A DNA stretch of 64,000 nt from Candidatus Cloacimonadales bacterium (GTDB taxonomy: Bacteria > Cloacimonadota > Cloacimonadia > Cloacimonadales > JAIOQZ01). Shown here piece after piece: positions 43,491 through 52,031 of the stretch (position 1 is the first letter of the stretch; every line of letters starts with the position of its first letter). The notes beneath the pieces are model-generated. The model was given only the letters and a program-made list of their open reading frames with translations. It ran no database searches and was not told the DNA's origin. The stretch is taken from NCBI GenBank assembly GCA_963665815.1, contig OY762463.1, positions 2,912,001 to 2,976,000 on the forward strand, read 5' to 3'. The position numbers and the translations under genes were made by a program.

Positions 43491-43524
43491 AAACAGTATT
43501 GAACAAATTTTTGAATTGACAGGA
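43491..43524 (+). promoter_or_regulatory. Repeated leader ending in TTGACA (-35), copy A
   Basis: AAACAGTATTGAACAAATTTTTGAATTGACAGGA; near-identical copies at 44657 and 45981. Confidence 0.7.
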
Positions 43525-43592
43525 AATAACTTGAACATAAGTATGATGTATAATTATAGTTTTGCTTTTGGATTATTATCGGGAGACAGACC

Positions 43593-44600
43593 ATGAAAAA
43601 GATAATTGTATTATTTCTGAGTTCTCTTTTCTTGTTTTCTTGCACTATCAAATCTTTTGTTAAAGATGTCAATACAGAAATGATTGAAGAAGGTAATAAA
43701 ATAAAAGGGAAATTTGTTTATACTGTCAAACCTATGAGAACTCTTATTGGTTTGAAAAGTCCCAAAAATCCCATAACAAGAATAACTTTAGATGCAAAAC
43801 TTATTAGCAACATAGATTATCCTGTAAAAAGTAATTTCGACAACGTGAAACAATATTTCATTGGATCGAATGGAATTGAGCAAATTGAGTACTTCTGTGG
43901 TCCAATTTCTTTAGAAAAGAACATAGTAAATTTTGAAAGCGAATTACCTGATACTTACTGTTTCCCAGAAAGTATAAGTGTTTACTTAGATATAGAAAAA
44001 ATGAGTGATCTTGTTGGTAAAGCAACTGTAGACAGTCTAATTGGAAAGCACTCAAATAATTATTGTTTATACTTTAACATTGAATCTGAAAACTCTATTA
44101 TTGCTTCAGAATATAATCGTAATATGAGGTTGCTAAGAAAAAGAAAGAATACTATCAATGTTGTTAATTATAAATTTGTTTTAGTAGATTTTATTTCATT
44201 ATTTATCAAGAGAATTCACATAAACGTAAAAGATGCATATACGCATGAGAATATTCAGAATTATAGAACTAGTTATAGCTTTGACTTAGATGATAGATTC
44301 CTAAGTCATTTTATCATTAAAAACTTCACAAATAATGCTTTTAATAATGACAATTTACTACTAGGATATGAACCATATCTTTCAAAATACAAAAAAATGG
44401 ACATAGCTTATTACAATTTTGCTATTAATGATATAAAACTTTTTCTGAAAATCACACATCCTGAGTATCATTATTTCGAGAAAACAATTTCTCTCAAAGA
44501 TGGTCAAAATACAATTGATATATACATGCACAATATTAAGAATACTATAAATATTGATGATTCAAAAGGAAATAGAAACGAGCAATTCAAAGTACATTAG
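43593..44600 (+). CDS. Lipoprotein, paralog of 46083-47246
   Basis: Lipobox LFSC; last 51 aa identical to the paralog. Confidence 0.8.
   Translation: MKKIIVLFLSSLFLFSCTIKSFVKDVNTEMIEEGNKIKGKFVYTVKPMRTLIGLKSPKNPITRITLDAKLISNIDYPVKSNFDNVKQYFIGSNGIEQIEYFCGPISLEKNIVNFESELPDTYCFPESISVYLDIEKMSDLVGKATVDSLIGKHSNNYCLYFNIESENSIIASEYNRNMRLLRKRKNTINVVNYKFVLVDFISLFIKRIHINVKDAYTHENIQNYRTSYSFDLDDRFLSHFIIKNFTNNAFNNDNLLLGYEPYLSKYKKMDIAYYNFAINDIKLFLKITHPEYHYFEKTISLKDGQNTIDIYMHNIKNTINIDDSKGNRNEQFKVH
44444..44599 (+). repeat. 156-bp exact repeat, copy 1
   Basis: Identical to 47090-47245. Confidence 0.95.
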
Positions 44601-44656
44601 CAATACTGGATAATTTCATCTTCCTTATGTCGGGAAAGGGCAGATATACTCCCCAA

Positions 44657-44690
44657 AAACAGTATTGAACAGATTATTGAATTGACAGGA
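44657..44690 (+). promoter_or_regulatory. Repeated leader ending in TTGACA, copy B
   Basis: AAACAGTATTGAACAGATTATTGAATTGACAGGA. Confidence 0.7.
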
Positions 44691-44758
44691 TAAAGTCATC
44701 ATCATTTTGTAATTCGTGTCTATTGTAAAATCGTATAGTTTTATAACTTGGGAGAATT

Positions 44759-45508
44759 ATGTTATTACTAAAAAGAATACTTGCAAAGTTAATTGATTTC
44801 TTCTTTTATTTAATCTTGATATTCATTGGAATGATGTTATTTGACGCTTATCTCCCATTAGACGGAGATAATTTCAGTTGGAAGCTAATAGTCATTCTTA
44901 CTTTAGTAATGAATTTCATACTCAATTTATTGAATCTTGGATTTCCATCTCAAACTATTGGTAAAATGGTTATGGGATTAAAACTGACAGAAAAAGATAA
45001 ATCAAAGCCCAAATATACTCGAAGAATAAAACATGCAATAGAAAGCTTTAAGAAATTCTCGAATTTTTGCACACAATTGGGTCCTTTAACCGGAGAGATA
45101 GAACTCAATCCAACATACTATAAAACAAAAGAAGTATTAATTCATACTCAGGAAAAGATCACTGTTAAACCAGTGATAGCAATTGTATTGCTTATTTCAA
45201 CAATATTTTTCATAAGTAACGGTCAAAAAATCCTTGTGCCTGTAATAATACACCAGATGGGTGTTGTTGATCAAGTAATGAGTTATGATAACTTAAAGAT
45301 TCTAAATGTATCATCTGTAGATATGGTGAATGATAATTGTACAATGGATGTGTTACTATATGACAATACAGCTCAACGGCTTCATTTGATGAAGGATAAT
45401 CATATCTGGAGGATAACAAAAAAAGATTCTTTGGATGTTGATTCGCTGAAAGTTTTTGTAAAATATGAGAAATCAGATGGTAGTGGTTATACGTCAATAT
45501 ATTACTAA
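44759..45508 (+). CDS. RDD family membrane protein
   Basis: KRILAKLID, QTIGKMVMGLK, TM helices. Confidence 0.75.
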   Translation: MLLLKRILAKLIDFFFYLILIFIGMMLFDAYLPLDGDNFSWKLIVILTLVMNFILNLLNLGFPSQTIGKMVMGLKLTEKDKSKPKYTRRIKHAIESFKKFSNFCTQLGPLTGEIELNPTYYKTKEVLIHTQEKITVKPVIAIVLLISTIFFISNGQKILVPVIIHQMGVVDQVMSYDNLKILNVSSVDMVNDNCTMDVLLYDNTAQRLHLMKDNHIWRITKKDSLDVDSLKVFVKYEKSDGSGYTSIYY

Positions 45509-45710
45509 ATGAATATTACTCGACCTAATTTATCTTTTTTTTAAATCGTAAGCTGTGACTTTTGATGGAAAATGAAATGAGCTCTACCTGACTGATTGTG
45601 CAAAAATGCAAGTAATCTTATAGTTAATACTTAATTATATCGCAGATTTTCCCGATTATTCGGGATTCAATCAGCTTAACTTATTGACATATTTAACCTT
45701 GCAAGCTCCA

Positions 45711-45894
45711 TGACAGACTGTGTAAAAACGTAATTTTTGTCGTTACTTTTGTACACGGCATAATCCCTTCGACTCCGCTCAGGAAACTTTCAACTATATC
45801 TTTTTCAGTATGTTAAGCTGATTGAGCGGAGTCGAAATCGCGACATAAATTACTTCAAATTTCAATAAAATCTTGCGTTTCACACAGTCTGTCA
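45711..45894. mobile_element. MITE-like element, copy 1 (184 bp)
   Basis: 13-bp perfect terminal inverted repeats TGACAGACTGTGT/ACACAGTCTGTCA; internal inverted TTCGACTCCGCTCA/TGAGCGGAGTCGAA; non-coding. Confidence 0.7.
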
Positions 45895-45980
45895 AAAAGC
45901 TTTACCTATTGATAAACTTTAAAATGCTCGCTCCCTGAGTCCCGATGAAGTCGGGAAAGGGTAGATATTCTGCAAAATAA

Positions 45981-46014
45981 ATACAGTATTGAACAAATTA
46001 TTGAATTGACAGGA
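45981..46014 (+). promoter_or_regulatory. Repeated leader ending in TTGACA, copy C
   Basis: ATACAGTATTGAACAAATTATTGAATTGACAGGA. Confidence 0.7.
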
Positions 46015-46082
46015 TTAATTTGTTAATTCAGTCATGATGTAACATTGTAATCTTAGCTTTGCATAATATTGGGAGATTTAAT

Positions 46083-47246
46083 ATGAAACAGATTGTTGCT
46101 TTACTTCTATGCATTCTATTTATTATTTCATGTACTACATCTTGGGTTATTGAGGATGTGGACATTTACAAAGTAAACTCATCAGATCCAGCAATTATTC
46201 GGGCAGATATTGATAAAGAAGATGATATCTCCAAAGTAGCTAGATTAAAGGGGGAAATAGATTTTAATTTTAAGAAGAAAAGATCTTTTTTTCATAAGGA
46301 GCAAACAAGCCTGTTTTCTATTGAATTCACCCCTAAGCTATTGACAAATCTAAATTATCCTTCTGATTACAATGAACTTGTTAACAAAACTAATTTTACA
46401 TTAAGAAACGTTGATAGTTCAAAACTTGTAAAAGCAGATTCTATTGTTGTAAATAAAAATACAAATCAATTTTCTCTTTTATGTATGTTACCTGATGATT
46501 ATTGTTTTTCTGAAGACATTTTAGACTATCTAAACATTAAGTTAATGAAAATACTATGTGATAGCACCTTAGTTGATAGTCTTCTAAGCAAACATACCTC
46601 TGAATTTGATGTAGAAGTAATTTTCAAGAAGTGTGGATATCGAGATGTAAATCCTTATTCTCCATATTTTTACAAAAAGAATAATTTGGGAAATTCACAT
46701 GATCCCTATGATAAAATTGCAAACACTAGCAAAAATTATTACTCCCAGAAACAATCCAACTTGAATATGGGACTGTACAGGAAAGATACTCTTTCTGTAA
46801 AATTAGTTAATTACCACTTTATGCTCATAGATTTCATCAATGAATTTACGAACAAAATTAATATAAATGTTTGGGATGCATATACGCATATTCCTATAAA
46901 TAATTGTAATTTTGACTTCAATTTCAATTATGATTTTTCCAAACTGAACAAACAAGTATTGAAACTGTTTACAAAAGAGAAATATCCCAGAGACTTCTTT
47001 ATTTGGGGAATAAGAAGGATAAGAAACTCTTATTTTTATATTCCCAAGGACTGCTATTATAGAGTTAGTAATGACGATGTTCTTCTGGATCTGAAAATCA
47101 CACATCCTGAGTATCATTATTTCGAGAAAACAATTTCTCTCAAAGATGGTCAAAATACAATTGATATATACATGCACAATATTAAGAATACTATAAATAT
47201 TGATGATTCAAAAGGAAATAGAAACGAGCAATTCAAAGTACATTAA
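46083..47246 (+). CDS. Lipoprotein, paralog of 43593-44600
   Basis: ATG 46083 after GGGAGA; lipobox IISC; shared motifs LPD.YCF.E, VDSL..KH, DAYTH. Confidence 0.8.
   Translation: MKQIVALLLCILFIISCTTSWVIEDVDIYKVNSSDPAIIRADIDKEDDISKVARLKGEIDFNFKKKRSFFHKEQTSLFSIEFTPKLLTNLNYPSDYNELVNKTNFTLRNVDSSKLVKADSIVVNKNTNQFSLLCMLPDDYCFSEDILDYLNIKLMKILCDSTLVDSLLSKHTSEFDVEVIFKKCGYRDVNPYSPYFYKKNNLGNSHDPYDKIANTSKNYYSQKQSNLNMGLYRKDTLSVKLVNYHFMLIDFINEFTNKININVWDAYTHIPINNCNFDFNFNYDFSKLNKQVLKLFTKEKYPRDFFIWGIRRIRNSYFYIPKDCYYRVSNDDVLLDLKITHPEYHYFEKTISLKDGQNTIDIYMHNIKNTINIDDSKGNRNEQFKVH
47090..47245 (+). repeat. 156-bp exact repeat, copy 2
   Basis: Identical to 44444-44599. Confidence 0.95.
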
Positions 47247-47250
47247 TACA

Positions 47251-47284
47251 AAATCCCCCTAGCTCTCACAAGCCAGGGGGATTT
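47251..47284. terminator. Probable bidirectional terminator
   Basis: AAATCCCCCT(A)GCT...AGC(C)AGGGGGATTT stem between convergent genes. Confidence 0.65.
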
Positions 47285-47298
47285 AAATATTATATCAT

Positions 47299-47485
47299 AG
47301 ACTGTGTATAAACGCAAAATAATTAAAATTATTGGTGCTTCATTGTCGCGATTTCGACTCCGCTCAATCAGCTTACCTTATTGCTATCACTTATCTTAAA
47401 AGTTACCTGAGGCCCGATTAAATCGGGAAAGGGTAATATGCTTTTAACAACAGAAACGGCAATAAAAACGTTTTTACACATATCT
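47299..47485. mobile_element. MITE-like element, copy 2 (inverted relative to copy 1, degenerate)
   Basis: AGACTGTGTATAAACGCAA...TGTCGCGATTTCGACTCCGCTCAATCAGCTTA...ACGTTTTTACACA aligns along the reverse complement of 45711-45894. Confidence 0.7.
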
Positions 47486-47493
47486 CAGTATAT

Positions 47494-49272
47494 CTACTGA
47501 TTCTTAATCCAGTTAACAAGTCCTTTTTTCTCAAGGATTTCCATTAATTTATCTGGCAGCGGAGCAAAAGTAAATTCTTTGTCTGCTACCGTAATCTTAC
47601 CATTCATGAAATCAACGTTTACATTGTCTCCCGGTTTGTATGCGTCTACAATCTCAGGATAAACTATAATAGGCAACCCCTGGTTGATTGATGAACGGTA
47701 GAAGATTCTGTTTACGGATTTACATATCACGGCTTTAACACCTGCATGAGCAAGTCCTACAGCAGGGTGCTCTCTCGAGCTTCCGCAACCGAAGTTGTCG
47801 CCTGTAACAATTACATCATCTTTCTGTACGTTATCTGTGAAGTTCACGTCAAAACCCTTGAACAGGTGCGGCATGATTGCTTCAGGATCAGAGCTCAGTA
47901 CGGTGTATGTCAGGTTTCCGGCAAACATCTGGTCTGTGTTCATGTTATCAATATCAGTGTAGTTCCATACGTTTCCGAGTCTTCTGTTATCATCTTCATT
48001 TACTTCGATTGTAGCAGCTTTCTCTTTTTTGTATGGGAATGCATCCTTAGTAGGGTTAGCACGTGGATCGGTAATCTCTCCCTTAAGAGCACTATGTGCT
48101 ACGCAGGCAGGAGAAGCGAGGTAGATTTGAGCTTCTTTATTACCCATTCTGCCAAAGAAGTTTCTGTTGGCAGTAGAGATAACTGTAACACCGTCTGCAG
48201 GGATTCCCTGTCCTGTTCCGAGGCATGGACCGCAGGATGAACCAAGGATACAAGCTCCGGCTTTAATGAAAGTCTGGATTATTCCTTCTTCCATAGCCTG
48301 AAGATAGATCTCCTGAGATGCAGGTGCAACGAGAAGCTGGAAGTCTTTGGCAATTTTTTTGCCTTCCAGAACTTTGGCAGCCTGTCTGAGATCGTCAAGA
48401 CGACCGTTTGTACAGGTTCCGATCAGTCCCTGCTGTACAGGTGTTCCTGCTACTTCAGCAACAGCTTTCACATTGTCTACCTGATGAGGTGCAGCCACAA
48501 GCGGATACAGCTCACTGAGGTTGATTTCTATTTCTTTGATGTATTCTGCATCAGGATCAGCCCAGACACCGTTCTCAATCTTATGACCGAGGAACTCTTC
48601 CAGAACTTCATCCGGTGGGAATACTGCGTTTTTAGCTCCCATTTCGGAAGCCAGGTTCGCCAGTGTCATTCTTTCTGATTGAGAAAGAGTTTTAACACCT
48701 TCACCATGATATTCTATTGAAAGATAGTTTGCACCTGCAGAACCAATCATTCCGATGATCCACAGGGATATATCTTTTGCGTATACGCCTTCGTTAAGCT
48801 TACCTGTAAGAGTTACCTTCATTGAGTCAGGCACTCTGAACCAGGTCTCACCGCGCTTCCAGATACCGGCGGATTCTGTTCTGTCGATTCCTGCAGCAAG
48901 AGCGTTGAATGATCCTGCTGTACAGGTGTGACTGTCAGATCCAACTACAATCATACCCGGTCTTGCATGGTAAGACATAATCTGGTGACAGATACCTTTT
49001 CCGGCATCGTAGAAGTTTTTAACTCCCTGATAGTTTACAATATCTCTGATAGTCTGATATTGTGTTGCCAGTTTAGCAGATGTAGGAGGAGCATTATGAT
49101 CAAGTACGATCAAAAGCTGATCAGGATCAGCAACTTTATCTCCACCCATTTTTTTGAATGTATTATGAATACTCGCTGTATTATCGTGAGTAAGTACAAT
49201 ATTCGGTTTTCTGAAAACAATTGCACCTTTCTCAGCACCGAGTACTTTTTCAACAAAAGTTTTTCCAGCCAT
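47494..49272 (-). CDS. Single-chain homoaconitase-like hydratase (fused large+small subunit; resembles fungal Lys4)
   Basis: THDN, LDH, GICHQIM, DSHT, GTCTNGR, CGPCLG, NRNF.GRMG, NTD, GCGSSREH. Confidence 0.85.
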   Translation of the reverse strand: MAGKTFVEKVLGAEKGAIVFRKPNIVLTHDNTASIHNTFKKMGGDKVADPDQLLIVLDHNAPPTSAKLATQYQTIRDIVNYQGVKNFYDAGKGICHQIMSYHARPGMIVVGSDSHTCTAGSFNALAAGIDRTESAGIWKRGETWFRVPDSMKVTLTGKLNEGVYAKDISLWIIGMIGSAGANYLSIEYHGEGVKTLSQSERMTLANLASEMGAKNAVFPPDEVLEEFLGHKIENGVWADPDAEYIKEIEINLSELYPLVAAPHQVDNVKAVAEVAGTPVQQGLIGTCTNGRLDDLRQAAKVLEGKKIAKDFQLLVAPASQEIYLQAMEEGIIQTFIKAGACILGSSCGPCLGTGQGIPADGVTVISTANRNFFGRMGNKEAQIYLASPACVAHSALKGEITDPRANPTKDAFPYKKEKAATIEVNEDDNRRLGNVWNYTDIDNMNTDQMFAGNLTYTVLSSDPEAIMPHLFKGFDVNFTDNVQKDDVIVTGDNFGCGSSREHPAVGLAHAGVKAVICKSVNRIFYRSSINQGLPIIVYPEIVDAYKPGDNVNVDFMNGKITVADKEFTFAPLPDKLMEILEKKGLVNWIKNQ

Positions 49273-49305
49273 GTTTTCTCCTTATAAAACCATTTCATTT
49301 GTGCT

Positions 49306-49540
49306 ATCCTTCGACAAGCTCAGGATGACAAACTCAATCTTGTTCGGTCTGTAGAGCCGTAGCATGCTACGGCTATTATTACCCACACCATTCGCAAGGT
49401 TTTCAACCATTGCGAAGGGGTAAGTCATAGTTTGAGCGACCTTGCGAATGGTCTTAAGACCTTCGCAATGGTCAATCACTCAAAACTGTTTCATGTTTAC
49501 AATTCCACCATTCGCAAGGTTTTCAACCATTGCGAAGGTG
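49306..49540. repeat. REP-like cluster inside the operon
   Basis: CCTTCGACAAGCTCAGG; GTAGAGCCGTAGCATGCTACGGCT; 33-bp CACCATTCGCAAGGTTTTCAACCATTGCGAAGG at 49386 and 49506 with an inverted variant between them. Confidence 0.8.
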
Positions 49541-49554
49541 CAGCAATTAATTAT

Positions 49555-51360
49555 CTAACTGAATATACCACCACGGTGATAGATTTCCATCTGAACGTCT
49601 GAGAATTTATTTCCCTGAACTGTTTTACCCTTGGTTTTATTGGCTAATTCACCTGTTTCAAGGTTAACACTGATAATGTTACCGTCTTCAAGTTCCAGAG
49701 CATCAATAGAATCATAAGTAAGGATAGGGAATGCTGCATTGATTGCGTTTCTTTCGTAGATTGCACCGAAGGATTCAGCAACAACAGCCTGAACACCGAG
49801 AGCTTTGAAGCAATCCACAGCCTGTTGTCTGGAGCTACCGCTTCCGAAGTTCTTATGAACAACAACAATATCGCCTTTCTCCGCTCTTTTTGCGAAATCT
49901 TCGTATCCAGCCAGATTATCGAATGTATATTGTCCCATCTCGTTGATATCTGTGATAGCAAGGTATCTGTTGTGGTAAATCATGTCGGTATCAATATTAT
50001 CTTCTTTGATGTACCATACTTTTCCTTCCAGAACGAGTGGTTTTTCGGTAACTTCAGCTTTAGCTTTTGCAGCATGAGCTTCTTCTTTTACTTCTTTAGA
50101 AGTAAATACAGCAGGTTCAGCAGGAATTGCATCTGTTGTGGTTACATAACCGGCAACTGCAGAAGCTGCCACTGTAGCAGGAGATGCAAGATAAACGCTT
50201 CCTTTACCTTGTTTACCGGGGAAGTTTCTGTTACCGGTACTGATGGTGATTTCACCTTTACCATTCTGTCCAACCTGTCCTGCAGCACAACCGGCACAAC
50301 CGGCGTTAGAAACAAGAGCACCTGCTTTTTTGAATATCTCGATCAGTCCGTTTTCAAGACATTGATTCCATACTTCATCTGTAGATGGAACTATCTTGAG
50401 AACAACGCCCGGAGCTATTTTTCTGCCTTTAAGGATATCGGCAGCAGCTTTCATATCTTCATAACGTCCGTTTGTACATGATCCGATGAAAGCAGAGTCG
50501 ATTTTGATCTTGTCTTCAACAGGTACGGGAACAGAATCATGAGGAGCACCAGGTCTGGAAACCATAGGCTTAAATTCTGTAATATCAATAGTGAATTCTT
50601 CAGCGTACTCGGCATTTTCGTCAGCATAAACAGGCTCGATTTTCTTACCTGAACGTGCTTCACAGAAATCAATAACATCTTTATTTGGCGGGAACATTAC
50701 AATAATAGCACCCATTTCAGTACCCATGGAAGCAATGGTTATTCTTTCATCAAGAGTAAGCCCGTCGATTGCTTCACCGTACATTTCTACGGAGTAACCG
50801 AGAAGTGTATTAGCACCGAATTTATTCAGAAGGTTAAGCACGATATCCTTAGCGGAGATATTAGCAGCTTTTTTGCCTTCGAATGTGATTTTTGCTGATT
50901 TTGGAACTTTGAACCAGGTTTTACCGAAAGCCCAGGCAGCAGCAATGTCCTGATCTCCCATTCCCTGTCCGAATGCACCGACAGCACCGAGAATGTTAGC
51001 ATGAGAGTCAGTTGTTACAGTTGTTGATCCCGGAACAGCGAGACCTTCGTGGATTACTATATGAGTTCCGATTCCAACGTCGATATCAAATACCTTAATA
51101 GCATGATCTCTTGCGAAATCACGGCATATTTGCTGGTTTACAGCGTACTTCTGATCTGATCCGGTAGGATTACAGTCAAAAGTAAAGAAAGTCTTGGAAA
51201 CATCGTCTATCGGAAGGTTATTATCTTTGATGTTTTTTACAACATTAGCTCCGCCAAAGTCTCTGGCAGCTCTTACATCCATTCTTACATCAACGATATC
51301 ACCCGGTTTTACAACATCCTGATCTGAGTGATTAGCTAAAATTTTTTCAATAATTGTCAT
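49555..51360 (-). CDS. Second single-chain aconitase-family (LeuC/LeuD-type) enzyme with divergent active-site motifs
   Basis: GSCTNGR and GCAGC supply three Fe-S cysteines; NRNFPGKQG, DNIDTD, GSGSSRQQA. Confidence 0.85.
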   Translation of the reverse strand: MTIIEKILANHSDQDVVKPGDIVDVRMDVRAARDFGGANVVKNIKDNNLPIDDVSKTFFTFDCNPTGSDQKYAVNQQICRDFARDHAIKVFDIDVGIGTHIVIHEGLAVPGSTTVTTDSHANILGAVGAFGQGMGDQDIAAAWAFGKTWFKVPKSAKITFEGKKAANISAKDIVLNLLNKFGANTLLGYSVEMYGEAIDGLTLDERITIASMGTEMGAIIVMFPPNKDVIDFCEARSGKKIEPVYADENAEYAEEFTIDITEFKPMVSRPGAPHDSVPVPVEDKIKIDSAFIGSCTNGRYEDMKAAADILKGRKIAPGVVLKIVPSTDEVWNQCLENGLIEIFKKAGALVSNAGCAGCAAGQVGQNGKGEITISTGNRNFPGKQGKGSVYLASPATVAASAVAGYVTTTDAIPAEPAVFTSKEVKEEAHAAKAKAEVTEKPLVLEGKVWYIKEDNIDTDMIYHNRYLAITDINEMGQYTFDNLAGYEDFAKRAEKGDIVVVHKNFGSGSSRQQAVDCFKALGVQAVVAESFGAIYERNAINAAFPILTYDSIDALELEDGNIISVNLETGELANKTKGKTVQGNKFSDVQMEIYHRGGIFS

Positions 51361-51370
51361 ACACAGCCCC

Positions 51371-51937
51371 TTACTTAATCATAAGGCCTTTAGCCATCAT
51401 AACAAGCGGATTGAATGTCGCGAAGTCAGCTTGATGGATAAGAACAGTTTCAACTCTCTGAGGTCTGCCGTCACCTTCTTTAGCGTGGCAGGCGATTGTG
51501 TTAACAATCTCGTCACAGAGACCAACCTGAGCAGCAAGGATAGCACCAGAGAATGGGTGTCTTGCACATTTACCGTTATGTGATTTCTGGTATTTACCAT
51601 CTACACATTCGATTTCTTTGAGTTTACCGACATCATGAAGAAGTCCACCGGAGTAAAGGATGTCCATATCTATTTCATATGGCATAGCCTTGTATGTAGA
51701 TTTTTTAGCATCAGCCAGTGCTGCTGCACCGAGAGTTACAGCTATAGTGTGTTCAATAAGATTCACACCATGAGTTTCTGTAAGTAGAGTAAATGGTATT
51801 TTTTCAAGGTCTTCAGGTTTCCATCCACCTTCTTCTGCGCCTTTAACCCAGCATTCTACGGTTTTATTTTTGATATCTTCATCTTTGATTTTATTTAAAA
51901 TCGGAGCAAAAACTTTTTCAATATAATTCTTCATCAT
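51371..51937 (-). CDS. HD-domain metal-dependent phosphohydrolase
   Basis: LIEH...LLHDVGK...RH...H...AD motif set. Confidence 0.85.
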   Translation of the reverse strand: MMKNYIEKVFAPILNKIKDEDIKNKTVECWVKGAEEGGWKPEDLEKIPFTLLTETHGVNLIEHTIAVTLGAAALADAKKSTYKAMPYEIDMDILYSGGLLHDVGKLKEIECVDGKYQKSHNGKCARHPFSGAILAAQVGLCDEIVNTIACHAKEGDGRPQRVETVLIHQADFATFNPLVMMAKGLMIK

Positions 51938-51955
51938 TTCTCCTTTTTAGAAAAT

Positions 51956-51989
51956 AGACCCTTGTTGCTCCGAAGAGCAGCAAAGGTCT
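51956..51989 (-). terminator. Intra-operon hairpin with C(UUCG)G tetraloop (partial terminator or stabiliser)
   Basis: Minus strand AGACCTTTGCTGCTC-TTCG-GAGCAACAAGGGTCT followed by ATTTTCT. Confidence 0.55.
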
Positions 51990-52031
51990 GTAAATTAACA
52001 TCTATTACAGCTTATAAGAAAGCCGGTAATA

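Noticed and set aside
44444-47245. Diversity-generating retroelement TR/VR pair
   Set aside because: The copies are identical with no adenine-specific mismatches, both are coding, and there is no reverse transcriptase in the window.
49282-49479. 65-aa ORF between the aconitases
   Set aside because: It is a translation of REP-like repeats (VILSLSKD, TIRKV) with no RBS.
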